Below are positions 1-11,224 of a stretch of DNA of 32,000 bases, piece after piece. A model generated the notes under the pieces. The model made no database searches. It had not been told where the DNA came from and saw only the letters and a list, made by a program, of their open reading frames with translations. Position 1 is the stretch's first letter. Each line of letters begins with the position of its first letter. The position numbers were made by a program, and so were the translations under genes. The DNA is taken from positions 660,001 to 692,000 of the forward strand of contig NZ_CP010048.1 in the NCBI RefSeq assembly GCF_000973505.1, given 5' to 3'. Origin of the DNA: Candidatus Saccharimonadota bacterium. Its GTDB lineage: Bacteria; Pseudomonadota; Gammaproteobacteria; Enterobacterales; Enterobacteriaceae.

Positions 1-2158
1 CCCGTTTAGCAACAACAGTGACCCCTGAATCGACTGCTACAGCACGTTCCATCCCAGTCCCCACCAAGGGCTTTTCATTACGCAAAACAGGAACAGCCTG
101 ACGTTGCATATTTGCCCCCATAAGAGCCCTGTTGGCATCATCATGCTCAAGAAACGGAATAAGTGAAGCCGCAACAGAAACAATTTGCTGCGCTGATACA
201 TCCATATAATCAATTCGATCACAATGAAACAAACTTGATTCTCCTTTATAACGACAAATCACCAAATCATCAACAAACCTCCCAGATTGGTCAAGATTAG
301 TATTTGCTTGAGCAATAACAAAATCCCCCTCTTCTATGGCCGATAAATAATGAATTTCATCAGTAACTATAGCATTTTTAACTCGACTATACGGAGTTTC
401 TAAAAATCCATATTCATTCGCGCGAGCATACACAGATAAAGAATTAATTAAACCAATATTCGGTCCTTCCGGAGTTTCAATAGGACACACCCTCCCATAA
501 TGAGTTGGATGTACATCACGCACTTCGAAACCAGCTCGTTCTCTAGTTAAACCACCCGGCCCCAATGCAGAAATACGACGCTTGTGAGTAATTTCTGATA
601 ATGGATTATTCTGATCCATAAATTGAGATAACTGACTCGACCCAAAAAATTCTTTTATTGCAGCAGAAATCGGCTTAGCATTAATCATATCTTGAGGCAT
701 CAAATTATCTAAATCCCCTAATGATAAACGCTCCCTAACTGCACGTTCAACACGTACCAATCCAATACGAAATTGATTTTCTACCATTTCCCCTACAGAA
801 CGAACACGACGATTTCCTAAATGATCAATATCATCAATCTCACCTTTACCATTTCTTATATCAATGAGTTTTTTTATAACATCAATAATATCTGACGCAC
901 TCAAAACACCAGAACCTGCGATGCTGGACCGCTGTAACGAACGATTAAATTTCATTCTACCTACCGATGAAAGATCATAACGCTCTTCTACAAAAAATAA
1001 ATTTTCAAACAATTGTTCAGCAGCCTCACGCGTAGGAGGTTCTCCAGGTCTCATTACACGATAAATTTCTACTAACGCACTTAATCTATCATTCGTGGGA
1101 TCAATACGTAATGTCTTAGAAATATAATCTCCATAATCTAAATCATTAGTAAATAGCGTTTCTATACAATTATAACCTGCTTGAACTAATACATTTAATA
1201 CATCTAACGTCACCACCGTATTCGCAGGAACAAGAACCTCTCCAGTACATGGATCAACATAATCTCTTATAACAATTTTGTTAACTATATAATCATTAGG
1301 AACTATAATTTTTCTAACAGAATCCGTATTTAATGCACGAATATGACGAGCAGTAATCCGTCTACCTTTTTCAACATAAAGCACACCATTTGACCGAATA
1401 TCAAATAAAGCAGTTTCACCCCGTAATCGTTCAGGTATTAAATTCATCATTAACACTCCTTTATGAATTTCATACACCACTTTGCTAAAAAATATATCTA
1501 AAATTTGAGCACTACTATAATTCAAAGCATGCAAAACTACAGTCGCAGGTAATTTTCTTCTTCTATCTATACGAATAAATAAACTATCTTTAAGATCAAA
1601 CTCAAAATCTAACCAAGATCCACGATATGGTATAATACGTGCACTATACAACACTTTACCTGATGAATGCGTTTTACCCTTATCGCTATCAAAAAAAACA
1701 CCAGGACTTCTGTGTAATTGCGATACTATTACACGTTCAGTGCCATTAATAATAAAAGTAGCATTATCAGTCATTAATGGTATTTCACCCATATAAACTT
1801 CTTGATCTTTAATACTTTTCACATCACAAAAACCTTCACGCTCATAAATAACTAAACGTAATTTTACACGCAAAGGAGCAGAAAAAGTCATTCCTCGAAT
1901 TTGGCATTCTTTAACATCAAATATAGGCTCCCCTAAACGATAACCGATATACTGTAATTCAGAATGAACATTGTAACTACGTATTGGAAAAACAGAACGA
2001 AAAACTGATTCTAACCCACATTGCCCATTAGAATCAAAATGAATAAACTTTTGAAAAGAATCAACTTGAATAGCTAAAAGATACGGAATCTCCAAAACTT
2101 GAGGACGCTTTCCAAAATTTTTACGAATACGTTTTTTTTCGGTATGAGAGTACACCAT
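1..2158 (-). CDS. rpoB: DNA-directed RNA polymerase beta subunit, N-terminal ~719 codons (the gene continues past the window start)
   Basis: Minus-strand translation from ATG at 2158..2156 reads [21 protein letters not shown]. The window edge reads ...[41 protein letters not shown]. Both are near-identical to E. coli RpoB. It is absent from the ORF track only because no stop codon lies inside the window. It follows rplL as in rplKAJL-rpoBC. Confidence 0.97.
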   Translation of the reverse strand, partial: MVYSHTEKKRIRKNFGKRPQVLEIPYLLAIQVDSFQKFIHFDSNGQCGLESVFRSVFPIRSYNVHSELQYIGYRLGEPIFDVKECQIRGMTFSAPLRVKLRLVIYEREGFCDVKSIKDQEVYMGEIPLMTDNATFIINGTERVIVSQLHRSPGVFFDSDKGKTHSSGKVLYSARIIPYRGSWLDFEFDLKDSLFIRIDRRRKLPATVVLHALNYSSAQILDIFFSKVVYEIHKGVLMMNLIPERLRGETALFDIRSNGVLYVEKGRRITARHIRALNTDSVRKIIVPNDYIVNKIVIRDYVDPCTGEVLVPANTVVTLDVLNVLVQAGYNCIETLFTNDLDYGDYISKTLRIDPTNDRLSALVEIYRVMRPGEPPTREAAEQLFENLFFVEERYDLSSVGRMKFNRSLQRSSIAGSGVLSASDIIDVIKKLIDIRNGKGEIDDIDHLGNRRVRSVGEMVENQFRIGLVRVERAVRERLSLGDLDNLMPQDMINAKPISAAIKEFFGSSQLSQFMDQNNPLSEITHKRRISALGPGGLTRERAGFEVRDVHPTHYGRVCPIETPEGPNIGLINSLSVYARANEYGFLETPYSRVKNAIVTDEIHYLSAIEEGDFVIAQANTNLDQSGRFVDDLVICRYKGESSLFHCDRIDYMDVSAQQIVSVAASLIPFLEHDDANRALMGANMQRQAVPVLRNEKPLVGTGMERAVAVDSGVTVVAKR

Positions 2159-2366
2159 AGACCATCCTTTCTAAATCAATCTAAACAAAACAAATTAAGA
2201 GCACATTGAAATTTCTAGAAACAACTTAGATAACAATATTAATACTTATAAGAATCAAATCAAAAAAATTAACAATTTGTAAAAACAAATAAAATTAAAA
2301 TATCAACTTCTTAATAACACTACCAAACACTACTAGATAATTTATATTATCAATATTTACTTATAC

Positions 2367-2398
2367 AAAAAAGCTGGCAGTATCTAATCACTACCAGC
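2367..2398 (-). terminator. Intrinsic terminator/attenuator hairpin in the rplL-rpoB spacer
   Basis: On the minus strand: GCUGGUAGU-GAUUAGAU-ACUGCCAGC followed by UUUUUU. This is a 9-bp stem (8 Watson-Crick pairs plus 1 G-U), an 8-nt loop and a 6-U tail. It starts 49 nt downstream of the rplL stop. It is the only GC-rich hairpin with a U-tract I found in the window. E. coli has a partial terminator (attenuator) at the same place. Confidence 0.6.
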
Positions 2399-2447
2399 AT
2401 CTCTATCTGAGCCATCAACACATATTTAAAATCCAATATGATGTTAT

Positions 2448-2819
2448 TTATTTAATATCAATAACAGCCCCTGCCTCTTCCATTATTTTCTTTAAAACAA
2501 TCGCTTCATCCTTGCTAATTCCTGTTTTAATAGTAACTGGAGCAGATTCAACCAAATCCTTAGCCTCTTTCAAACCTAAACTCAGATTAGAACGTACTAC
2601 TTTAATTACAGAAATTTTATTTTTACCAATACTACTTAATACTACATCAAACTCTGACTGCTCCTCCACTACAGTTTCTTGAACAACATCAGGAACTACA
2701 GACGGTACAGAGGATAATGACACACCGAATCGGTCCTCCATCATAGAAATTAATTTTACTATATCCATCACAGACATTTCAGACACTGCATCTAAAATTT
2801 GTTCTTTACTAAGAGACAT
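2448..2819 (-). CDS. rplL: 50S ribosomal protein L7/L12
   Basis: [34 protein letters not shown]...[41 protein letters not shown] matches L7/L12. I placed the start at the ATG at 2819; the longer track ORF starts at an upstream GTG and adds a non-homologous hydrophobic extension. Confidence 0.95.
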   Translation of the reverse strand: MSLSKEQILDAVSEMSVMDIVKLISMMEDRFGVSLSSVPSVVPDVVQETVVEEQSEFDVVLSSIGKNKISVIKVVRSNLSLGLKEAKDLVESAPVTIKTGISKDEAIVLKKIMEEAGAVIDIK

Positions 2820-2972
2820 GTTTAAAATTCCTAAAATATAATATGACAATATATAAACAAAAATAACAAACACATACACAATAAAATTTTAACATAAATA
2901 CTCAACACTACTTACATTATGATCACAAATTATAAACTACATCAAAAAACCACTCGAATTACCTAAAAAAAT

Positions 2973-3482
2973 CTAACCACCTATCCTATTTTCTTTAAAA
3001 GTAGACAATATACGAAGTGCAACATGCAATCTTCCTATAGAAATATTCTTGATAGCATATAGCAAATTTAAAATAGACTCTTTATAGGTCGGTAAAGAAG
3101 ATAATGATACAATATTGGATTCCTCAAAAAGTATTCCACCAAACATAGCTCCCTTTATCTTAAATTTTGGATTACTTTTAGAAAATTGTACAAAAATCTT
3201 CGCGCAATCACGGATTTCCACACTGGAAAATGCAATAACATTAGACCCAAAAAAAAGATTTTGTAAACCCTCAAAAACACTACCTATCAAAGCACGCCGC
3301 ATTAATGTATTACGAACAACATACACATAAACACCACTTTTTCGACACATATCACGCAAACCAGTAATCTCATTTACTGTAATTCCTTCCAATGAAGCAA
3401 CTACAGCAGAAACAGCAAATTCTATAACATCTCTGACCCCAGAAATAATTTGCTGCTTTTTTTTAAAATTTAATGTCATCAT
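2973..3482 (-). CDS. rplJ: 50S ribosomal protein L10
   Basis: VVASLEGITVNEITGLRDMCRKSGVYVYVVRNTLMRRA and SLPTYKESI align with E. coli L10 ([47 protein letters not shown]). Two adjacent ATG codons (3482 and 3479) are both possible starts. Confidence 0.93.
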   Translation of the reverse strand: MMTLNFKKKQQIISGVRDVIEFAVSAVVASLEGITVNEITGLRDMCRKSGVYVYVVRNTLMRRALIGSVFEGLQNLFFGSNVIAFSSVEIRDCAKIFVQFSKSNPKFKIKGAMFGGILFEESNIVSLSSLPTYKESILNLLYAIKNISIGRLHVALRILSTFKENRIGG

Positions 3483-3742
3483 TTACCTTGTAATATATTC
3501 ACATAATACTAAAATTACTTTAGTTTCTACCATGAAACTATAACGAATAGAAATCAGCACAAAAAAATAATCATCATATTCTATTGATAATAAACCAACT
3601 GTTGATGATAAATCAACAAATACTATTGTATTATAACATGAAAATTAACAGCGATATCACACTAATCCAAAAAATACAACTAAAAACATATGACTAATTC
3701 ACGCTATAACTCCCAACAACTTACAAAAAATAAATTAAAAAA

Positions 3743-4438
3743 TCATAGAAATAAACTATTCTGATTAATAGATAAAGCAACGCCCATACTACTAGAAACC
3801 ATTATTTTCTTAAAAAACACACCTTTAGATTTTATAGGTTTATTTTTCTTTACATCCATAATTAAAGCCACTAAATTCTCTTTCAGTTTATCAGAACTAA
3901 AAGAAATCATTCCAATGCTGGCATGAATAGTACCATACTTATCATTCTTATATCGAATTTGACCTATCTTACTTCTTCTAACCGCTTCTGCAATATCATG
4001 AGAAACAGTACCAAATTTCGGATTAGGCATCAAACCACGAGGACCTAACACAGGCCCTAACTGAACAACTGTATTCATAACATCAGGAGTCGCAAGCACA
4101 ACATCAAATTTATTTTTCCGATTAGTAACATAATTCACTAAATCATCTAAACCAACAAAATCTGCACCGGCATTCTTCGCTAAAATCACATTAGTTCCTT
4201 GCGTAAACACAATAACACAAACATCACGACCAGTACCATGTGGTAAAAATATACTACCACGAATATTTTGTTCAGATTTTTTTGGATCAATACCCAAACA
4301 TATAACAACATCAAGACTCTCAATAAAATGTACAGTAGATAACTCTTTTAACAAAGATATTCCCTCCAAAATATCATACTGCTTACCTGCATCCACTGCA
4401 CTATACATAATAGACATACGTTTACTTAATTTAATCAT
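3743..4438 (-). CDS. rplA: 50S ribosomal protein L1
   Basis: MIKLSKRM...KQYDILEGISLLKEL...LGPRGLMPNPKFGTV...IRYKNDKYGTIHASIG is collinear with E. coli L1. It lies 9 nt downstream of rplK. Confidence 0.95.
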   Translation of the reverse strand: MIKLSKRMSIMYSAVDAGKQYDILEGISLLKELSTVHFIESLDVVICLGIDPKKSEQNIRGSIFLPHGTGRDVCVIVFTQGTNVILAKNAGADFVGLDDLVNYVTNRKNKFDVVLATPDVMNTVVQLGPVLGPRGLMPNPKFGTVSHDIAEAVRRSKIGQIRYKNDKYGTIHASIGMISFSSDKLKENLVALIMDVKKNKPIKSKGVFFKKIMVSSSMGVALSINQNSLFL

Positions 4439-4447
4439 AGTGTAACA

Positions 4448-4879
4448 TTAATCCCTTTTTACAATTAATCCCATAGAATATGCAGTACCAATAATAGAAC
4501 GAGACATTGCCTCTAAATCACTACCTGTCATATCTGAGGATTTAACCTTTGCAATTTCACGAATTTGATCATAAGTAATAGTACCACTTTTTGTTATTTT
4601 AGAATTACTAGAACCAGATTCAATACCAACAGCTTTTTTCAGAAGTACAGAAACAGGTGGGTTTTTAGTAACAAATGTAAAAGAACGATCAGAATAGACA
4701 GTAATAACAACAGGCACTGGTAATCCTTTTTCAATATTCTCCGTTCTTACATTAAACAACTTACAAAACTCAATAATATTCACACCTTGTTGCCCTAACG
4801 CAGGTCCAACTGGTGGACTTGGGCTTGCTACACCTGCTGGAACCTGTAACTTAACATATGCTTTTACTGTCTTAACCAT
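4448..4879 (-). CDS. rplK: 50S ribosomal protein L11
   Basis: [43 protein letters not shown] is near-identical to E. coli L11. The start is set at the ATG at 4879; the track ORF begins 12 codons upstream. Confidence 0.95.
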   Translation of the reverse strand: MVKTVKAYVKLQVPAGVASPSPPVGPALGQQGVNIIEFCKLFNVRTENIEKGLPVPVVITVYSDRSFTFVTKNPPVSVLLKKAVGIESGSSNSKITKSGTITYDQIREIAKVKSSDMTGSDLEAMSRSIIGTAYSMGLIVKRD

Positions 4880-4977
4880 AACACCATACCTACATAAATA
4901 AAAAAACAAAAACACTTAAAATATAAAAAATTTTTATTGAAATATATCTAATCACCTAATCAAAACACAAATTAAAC

Positions 4978-5526
4978 TTAACATTTTTCAACTTGACAAA
5001 AATCTAAATCCACTGGAGTAGCACGACCAAAAATAGAAACAGACACCTTCAAACGACTTTTTTCATAATCCACCTCTTCTACCGTCGCATGAAAATCAGA
5101 AAACGGGCCATCACTAACACGAATAAGCTCACCAGGCTCAAATAATATTTTAGGTCGAGGCTTATCACCAATTTGTTGCAAACGATATATAATAGCATTC
5201 ACTTCTTTATCCCCAATTGGAGCTGGCTTATCGGAGGTACCACCCACAAAACCCAACACACGGGGCACACTACGAACTAAATGCCAACTTGCATCATTCA
5301 TCACCATCTGCACAAGAACATAACCAGGAAAAAATTTCCGCTCACTCTTTCTTCGCTGCCCAGCACGCATCTCAACAACTTCTTCAGTAGGAATCATTAT
5401 TTCACCAAAATAATCTCCCATTTTATGCAACTTTATATATTCTCGTAACGAAGATGCTACCCGACTCTCAAAACCAGAAAATGCTTGAATAACATACCAA
5501 CGCTGTTTCAACACTGCTTCAGACAT
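4978..5526 (-). CDS. nusG: Transcription termination/antitermination factor NusG
   Basis: [34 protein letters not shown]...[27 protein letters not shown]...[24 protein letters not shown] is near-identical to E. coli NusG. The start is the ATG at 5526. Confidence 0.95.
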   Translation of the reverse strand: MSEAVLKQRWYVIQAFSGFESRVASSLREYIKLHKMGDYFGEIMIPTEEVVEMRAGQRRKSERKFFPGYVLVQMVMNDASWHLVRSVPRVLGFVGGTSDKPAPIGDKEVNAIIYRLQQIGDKPRPKILFEPGELIRVSDGPFSDFHATVEEVDYEKSRLKVSVSIFGRATPVDLDFCQVEKC

Positions 5527-5531
5527 TCCAC

Positions 5532-5948
5532 TTATAACCTCAAACCAAACGATACTATACGCACCAAAAGACCATCCAGACTCCACAAAATCAAAGAAAC
5601 AAGAATCGTAGCAATAATAACAATAGCAGTAGTATATACACTCTCACGAAAAGTCGGCCAAATTACTTTACGTACTTCTGAATATGACTCTCGAAAAAAA
5701 ACAACCAATAACCCACCACGATTCGTTAATAACACTAAATAACCAGCAACTAAAACAACACATACATCAACTATTATTCGATAAAACAAACCCCAATCAC
5801 GATAAAGATAGCTACCAATAACAGCTAATATGAGTAGTGTTAGCGCACTCAACCACTTAATCGTGTCTATATAAAAACAATATCTACCACCACAAATCTT
5901 CTTAATCTTACAACCTCCAAACAAAAATAAAGCGAAACACAACACCAT
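5532..5948 (-). CDS. secE: Preprotein translocase subunit SecE
   Basis: [22 protein letters not shown] and [44 protein letters not shown] align with E. coli SecE. The stop lies 5 nt before the nusG start. The start is uncertain: ATG at 5948 or GTG at 5972. Either gives an N-terminus longer than in E. coli. Confidence 0.85.
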   Translation of the reverse strand: MVLCFALFLFGGCKIKKICGGRYCFYIDTIKWLSALTLLILAVIGSYLYRDWGLFYRIIVDVCVVLVAGYLVLLTNRGGLLVVFFRESYSEVRKVIWPTFRESVYTTAIVIIATILVSLILWSLDGLLVRIVSFGLRL

Positions 5949-6048
5949 CAAAATTTTATAAAAAAATAACACACTTAACTAAACAATTATTCTATATTAA
6001 CCAAAAAAATAATTTTAAAAAACATTCATAACCATTTCCAAATGAATT

Positions 6049-7233
6049 CTATGAAACCACCTTCACCACAATACCAGCACCAACAGTTCGACCTCCTTCT
6101 CGAACAGCAAACCGTAAACCATCATCCATAGCAACAGGAGCTATAAGGTTAACCAACATTTTAACATTATCACCAGGTATTACCATATCCACATCCTTGG
6201 GTAATTCAATAGTTCCAGTAACATCCGTAGTACGAAAATAAAACTGGGGCCGATAACCATTAAAAAACGGCGTATGCCGACCACCTTCTTCCTTATTTAA
6301 AACATATACTTCTGCCTCAAAACAACTATGAGGTTTAATAGATCCTGGGGCAGCCAACACTTGACCGCGCTCCACATCATCACGCTTAACACCACGTAAC
6401 AAAACACCAATATTCTCTCCGGCACGACCTTCATCCAGCAACTTACGAAACATTTCTACTCCAGTACAAATGGTTTTAACCGTCTCCCTAATGCCAACAA
6501 TTTCTATCTCTTCACCAACTTTAATTATACCACGTTCAACACGACCAGTAACCACCGTTCCCCTACCGGAAATAGAAAACACATCCTCAATTGGCAATAA
6601 AAACGGCTGGTCCACAGCACGCTTGGGTTCTGGAATATAATGATCTAACACTTCTGCTAATTCCAAAATTTTTGGAGTCCAATGACTATCTGATTCTAAC
6701 GCTTTTAAAGCTGAACCACGAATGATCGGGGTATCATCGCCAGGAAAATCATATTGAGATAACAATTCACGAATTTCTATTTCCACTAATTCAAGTAATT
6801 CAGAATCGTCTACCATATCACACTTATTCATAAATGCAACAATATATGGCACACCTACCTGTCGAGCTAACAAAATATGCTCCCGAGTCTGAGGCATGGG
6901 ACCATCAGTAGCAGCAACTACTAAAATGGCACCGTCCATCTGCGCAGCACCAGTAATCATATTTTTAACATAATCTGCATGACCCGGACAATCCACATGA
7001 GCATAATGACGACCAGAAGTATCATATTCAACATGCGAAGTATTAATAGTAATACCACGAGCTTTTTCTTCTGGAGCATTGTCAATTTGATCAAAAGCAC
7101 GCGGTGAACCACCATAAATTTTAGATAATACACTTGTTATAGCAGCAGTTAAAGTAGTCTTGCCATGATCAACATGACCAATGGTACCTACATTCAAATG
7201 CGGTTTTATACGTTGAAACTTTTCTTTAGACAC
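6049..7233 (-). CDS. tuf: Elongation factor Tu
   Basis: 394 aa with a GTG start as in E. coli. [32 protein letters not shown]...[51 protein letters not shown] is near-identical to EF-Tu. fusA lies upstream and secE downstream. Confidence 0.98.
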   Translation of the reverse strand: MSKEKFQRIKPHLNVGTIGHVDHGKTTLTAAITSVLSKIYGGSPRAFDQIDNAPEEKARGITINTSHVEYDTSGRHYAHVDCPGHADYVKNMITGAAQMDGAILVVAATDGPMPQTREHILLARQVGVPYIVAFMNKCDMVDDSELLELVEIEIRELLSQYDFPGDDTPIIRGSALKALESDSHWTPKILELAEVLDHYIPEPKRAVDQPFLLPIEDVFSISGRGTVVTGRVERGIIKVGEEIEIVGIRETVKTICTGVEMFRKLLDEGRAGENIGVLLRGVKRDDVERGQVLAAPGSIKPHSCFEAEVYVLNKEEGGRHTPFFNGYRPQFYFRTTDVTGTIELPKDVDMVIPGDNVKMLVNLIAPVAMDDGLRFAVREGGRTVGAGIVVKVVS

Positions 7234-7298
7234 AACTATATTCCTTAATTAATCGCAAAATTATCTCTAGCTATAAATATATAAAAATTATTAATAGC

Positions 7299-9404
7299 TC
7301 ATTTAATATTACTACTCTCAATAATACATCGAGCAATATTGCTCGGTACCTCACTATATTTAAAAAATTCCATAGAATAAGATGCACGACCTTGAGTCTG
7401 TGACCGTAAACCAGTTGCGTAACCAAACATATCTGACAAAGGAACATCCGCACATATTACTTTACCACTAATCAAATCCCCCACTTTATTAACTACACCT
7501 CGACGACGACTTAAATCAGCAATAACGTCTCCCATATATTCCTCAGGAGTTTCTACTTCTACCTTCATAATTGGCTCCAATAAAACTGGATTAGCCTTCA
7601 TAAAAGCTTCCTTGAAAGCTATTGACCCCGCAATTTTAAAAGCTATCTCAGACGAATCCACTTCATGGTATGAGCCATCAAAAATACTTACACGAATATC
7701 AACAATTGGATAACCAGCTAAAATACCATTACTCATTTGTTCCTGGACGCCTTTATTTACTGCTGGCACATATTCTTTTGGTACTACGCCTCCAACAATC
7801 TGATTCACAAATTCATAACCAGTACCTCCTGGTTCCATAGGCTCGACACGCAACCAAACGTGTCCAAACTGCCCACGACCACCAGACTGACGAATAAATT
7901 TACCTTCCTGCTCCACCATATGACGAATGGTCTCACGGTAAGCCACTTGCGGTTTACCAACATTGCTTTCAACATTAAATTCTCTATGCATTCGATCAAT
8001 AAGAATCTCCAAATGCAACTCACCCATGCCAGAAATAATAGTTTGTCCAGACTCCCGATCAACACAAACACGAAACGAAGGATCTTCTTGTGCTAAACGA
8101 GATAATGCTAAACTCATTCTTTCCTGATCTACCTTGCTTTTACCTTCAACCATAACAGAAATGACAGGTTCAGGAAATTCCATACGCTCAAGAACAATAG
8201 GAGCAGACTCATCACACAGAGTATCACCGGTAGAAACATCTTTTAAACCAATAACAGCAGCAATATCCCCCGCATATACTGATTTAATTTCCTCACGTTT
8301 ATTAGCATGCATCTGAACAATTCGACCTAGCCTTTCACGTTTTTCTTTAAGAGGATTCAACACACTATCCCCTGCACTAACTACACCGGAATATACTCGA
8401 AAAAAAGTCAGATTTCCAACAAAAGGATCAGTGGCAACTTTAAAGGCTAATGCTGAAAACGGTTCTTTATCACTAGGATGACGCTCTAAAAATAACTTTC
8501 CATCTCGAGAAAGACCTTTAATGGCCACAACATCATTTGGTGCTGGTAAATAATCAACAATTGCATCTAGCATAGCTTGCACACCCTTGTTTTTAAACGC
8601 TGACCCACAAGTCACCAATATGATTTCATTCTTTAAAACACGTTGACGTAAAGCAGATTTAATTTCTTGCTCCGATAATTCTGCTCCAGATAAATACCGA
8701 TCAAGCAATTCCTCAGAAGATTCAACAGCATACTCTAACAAATTTTGACGCCACTGATTAGACAATTGTAACAAATTCCCAGGTATATCACCATATCTAA
8801 AAGTTAAACCTTGATCCATATCATCCCAATAAATAGCTTGCATTTTAATTAAATCAACAACACCTATAAAATTTGACTCCACACCAATAGCTAACTGAAT
8901 TGGAACAGGATTAGCACATAAACGAGTCTTCAATTGTTCTATCACACGAAAATAATCAGCACCTGTACGATCCATTTTATTGATAAAAGCAATACAAGGA
9001 ACCTTATATTTACTAGCTTGTCGCCATACAGTTTCAGATTGCGGTTGCACACCACCTACTGCGCAATATATCATAACTGCCCCATCTAATACCCGCATAG
9101 ATCTTTCTACTTCAATAGTAAAATCAACATGACCAGGAGTATCAATAATATTAATTCGATGCGATGAAAACTGATCGGCCATACCAGACCAAAAACAAGT
9201 AGTAGCTGCAGAAGTAATTGTAATTCCCCTTTCCTGCTCTTGCACCATCCAGTCCATAGTCGCAGCGCCATTATGAACTTCACCCATTCTATGATTTACA
9301 CCAGTATAGAATAAAATACGTTCAGTTGTAGTAGTTTTCCCAGCATCAATGTGCGCTGTAATACCAATATTTCGATATCTCATAATAGGTGTAACCCTAA
9401 CCAT
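7299..9404 (-). CDS. fusA: Elongation factor G
   Basis: [38 protein letters not shown]...[48 protein letters not shown] is near-identical to E. coli EF-G. The start is the ATG at 9404; the track ORF adds 15 non-homologous codons. Confidence 0.97.
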   Translation of the reverse strand: MVRVTPIMRYRNIGITAHIDAGKTTTTERILFYTGVNHRMGEVHNGAATMDWMVQEQERGITITSAATTCFWSGMADQFSSHRINIIDTPGHVDFTIEVERSMRVLDGAVMIYCAVGGVQPQSETVWRQASKYKVPCIAFINKMDRTGADYFRVIEQLKTRLCANPVPIQLAIGVESNFIGVVDLIKMQAIYWDDMDQGLTFRYGDIPGNLLQLSNQWRQNLLEYAVESSEELLDRYLSGAELSEQEIKSALRQRVLKNEIILVTCGSAFKNKGVQAMLDAIVDYLPAPNDVVAIKGLSRDGKLFLERHPSDKEPFSALAFKVATDPFVGNLTFFRVYSGVVSAGDSVLNPLKEKRERLGRIVQMHANKREEIKSVYAGDIAAVIGLKDVSTGDTLCDESAPIVLERMEFPEPVISVMVEGKSKVDQERMSLALSRLAQEDPSFRVCVDRESGQTIISGMGELHLEILIDRMHREFNVESNVGKPQVAYRETIRHMVEQEGKFIRQSGGRGQFGHVWLRVEPMEPGGTGYEFVNQIVGGVVPKEYVPAVNKGVQEQMSNGILAGYPIVDIRVSIFDGSYHEVDSSEIAFKIAGSIAFKEAFMKANPVLLEPIMKVEVETPEEYMGDVIADLSRRRGVVNKVGDLISGKVICADVPLSDMFGYATGLRSQTQGRASYSMEFFKYSEVPSNIARCIIESSNIK

Positions 9405-9578
9405 GCCATGATCCTCAAAACAACCTTTCATCAAAAATAAATAATACAAAAAACAACACCATTAAACATCAAATCATATATCATACACTACTAAAACCAG
9501 TTTTATCTGATCACTAATTTTTAAACATACAAAACACTAACAACCAAAACACATAATCACCACTTACACAAAAAACAC

Positions 9579-10061
9579 TCACCAACGGTAATGCGCAAAA
9601 GCCTTATTTGCTTCCGCTATTTTATGTATCTCATCCCGCTTTTTCACAGCACTCCCTCTACCCTCTATTGCCTCAAACAATTCATTTGCTAATTTCAATG
9701 ACATTGACTTAGACTTATCTTTACGTTCTCTAGCGGCACTAATAATCCATCTCATGGCTAATGTATTTTGCCGAACAAGACGAACCTCCACAGGGACTTG
9801 ATAAGTAGAACCACCAACTCTTCTAGATTTAACCTCAACAATTGGACGTACATTATTCAAAGCCTGCTCAAAAATATCTAAAGGTAGCTTTTTATTATTC
9901 AACCGATCAACTAAAATATCCAACGCCGTATACACTATCGTTTCAGCCACTGATTTTTTCCCATTTACCATCAAAATATTAATGAACTTAGCTAAAACTT
10001 CAGAGCTAAATTTCAAATCAGGTAATGTTTTTCTTTGCGTAACAATTCGTCGGCGAGACAT
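9579..10061 (-). CDS. rpsG: 30S ribosomal protein S7
   Basis: [15 protein letters not shown]...[32 protein letters not shown]...[12 protein letters not shown] matches S7. The start is the ATG at 10061, with AGGA 9 nt upstream. Confidence 0.95.
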   Translation of the reverse strand: MSRRRIVTQRKTLPDLKFSSEVLAKFINILMVNGKKSVAETIVYTALDILVDRLNNKKLPLDIFEQALNNVRPIVEVKSRRVGGSTYQVPVEVRLVRQNTLAMRWIISAARERKDKSKSMSLKLANELFEAIEGRGSAVKKRDEIHKIAEANKAFAHYRW

Positions 10062-10423
10062 AAATATATCCTGAAAACATTTTATATGCACTTACAACAA
10101 AATCAAAATACCAAAATAATTATACCAATATACATAAATTATATAATAAATATCAAACTACTTAAAGCTTAAAATTAAAAAACAGAATAATACAATTTTA
10201 AATTTGTAAAATATACATCTAACACAATTTAAAAACAATGATGCTATTCAAAAAACATCATCAAACTCATGACCAATACAACACTGATAAATTTAAACTA
10301 AATCTAATTTATTTTGCTATAACTACTACAAAAAGTCGACGAAACAGTATCCCAAAAAAATTTACACATGGTATAACTAAAAATATCATAAAAAAATTTT
10401 AAACATTAATCATAAAATCATAC

Positions 10424-10798
10424 TTAATCCTTTAAACGTTTCACTCCATACTTCGAACGTCCTTTCTTTCTACCTTGTACACCAGAACAATCTAATGCAC
10501 CACGTACAACATGATAACGAACACCCGGTAAATCCTTTACACGCCCCCCACGAATTAAAACTATAGCATGCTCTTGCAAATTATGACCTTCACCACCAAT
10601 ATAGGATGTCACTTCAAAACCATTCGTCAAACGAACACGACACACTTTACGCAAAGCAGAATTTGGCTTTTTTGGCGTGGTAGTGTAGACTCTAATACAT
10701 ACCCCTCTTTTTTGGGGGCATCTTCCCAATGCTGGGACATTACTTTTAATCGCTTTCACACTTCGTGGATTATGAACAAGTTGATTGATTGTCGTCAT
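10424..10798 (-). CDS. rpsL: 30S ribosomal protein S12
   Basis: [77 protein letters not shown] is near-identical to S12. Confidence 0.97.
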   Translation of the reverse strand: MTTINQLVHNPRSVKAIKSNVPALGRCPQKRGVCIRVYTTTPKKPNSALRKVCRVRLTNGFEVTSYIGGEGHNLQEHAIVLIRGGRVKDLPGVRYHVVRGALDCSGVQGRKKGRSKYGVKRLKD

Positions 10799-10988
10799 TT
10801 AAACAATTATCCCTAAAATATTAAAAAAATAGCTATTCTTAAACAAATACATCACAATACCATATTGATACCAATAACCACCTGAATAATTCATACAATA
10901 AACATTAAATTAAAGAGAGCAACGAAAAACTGCCTATTAATATTAATATTTATCATTCAATTTTTTTATACCCCTATTATTTATCAAA

Positions 10989-11224
10989 CTACCTATTTGT
11001 AACAACACATACTAACAAATTCTTTTTTTTAACCAAATAAAAAAATTCACAATGAAAATTTTTTAAAATATTTATTTCAAATATTGCATGCTTATGAAAT
11101 ATCATAAAATACCATGCTTATAAAAAATACTAAAATACATTGAATATACCTCAAAATATACGTACACCAGTGAACACAAAATTACATCAAACATACCCTG
11201 CAGGCCAAGCGTATAATGTAACAT
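10989..11224 (-). pseudogene. tusB: Probable degraded tusB (DsrH-family sulfurtransferase subunit) relic, with a trace of the tusC C-terminus just upstream (about 11233-11256)
   Basis: The minus-strand ATG at 11224 opens a 40-codon frame: MLHYTLGLQGMFDVILCSLVYVYFEVYSMYFSIFYKHGIL*. E. coli TusB starts [21 protein letters not shown] and contains KVYALNEDLIARGL. After a shift of one frame the reading continues IFEINILKNFHCEFFYLVKKK, compare DIILIDYTDFVRLTVKH, and stops at 10991..10989. Immediately 5' of the ATG another frame reads YDVTVVFF, compare the TusC C-terminus YDVILRF. Order, strand and distance to rpsL (ATG 426 nt upstream of the rpsL ATG) fit E. coli tusC-tusB-rpsL. This is a by-eye alignment only. 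Confidence 0.4.

Noticed and set aside
37-222. 61-aa minus-strand ORF at the window start
   Set aside because: It lies inside rpoB in a different reading frame. The rpoB frame is unambiguous by homology, so this is an out-of-frame artefact.
3115-3330. 71-aa + strand ORF antisense to rplJ
   Set aside because: It is completely embedded antisense in a well-supported ribosomal protein gene and has no recognisable family. The same reasoning applies to the ORFs at 5485-5742, 7271-7453, 7737-8096, 7805-8071, 8134-8316, 10568-10816, 16146-16403, 16428-16622, 19330-19551, 20179-20388, 22542-22739, 28554-28763 and 30023-30217.
5949-5972. Long N-terminal extensions on many track ORFs (secE, rplL, rplK, nusG, fusA, rpsG, pabA, trpS, aroB, asd, yigB, dapF, yigL), and a lipobox-like LFGGC in the SecE extension
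   Set aside because: The extensions are non-homologous, hydrophobic translations of AT-rich leaders that start at the most upstream possible (often GTG or TTG) codon. In each case an ATG aligned with the E. coli N-terminus exists. SecE is not a lipoprotein, so the LFGGC motif is best treated as coincidence.
5990-6048. Possible terminator right after tuf (minus strand ATTCAT-N12-ATGAAT followed by GTTTTTT)
   Set aside because: The stem is only 6 bp and almost entirely A/T, with a 12-nt loop, and it begins 4 nt after the stop codon. It is not distinguishable from background in this composition. The same applies to the 6-bp ATGTCA/TGACAT stem at about 23337-23353 downstream of corA.
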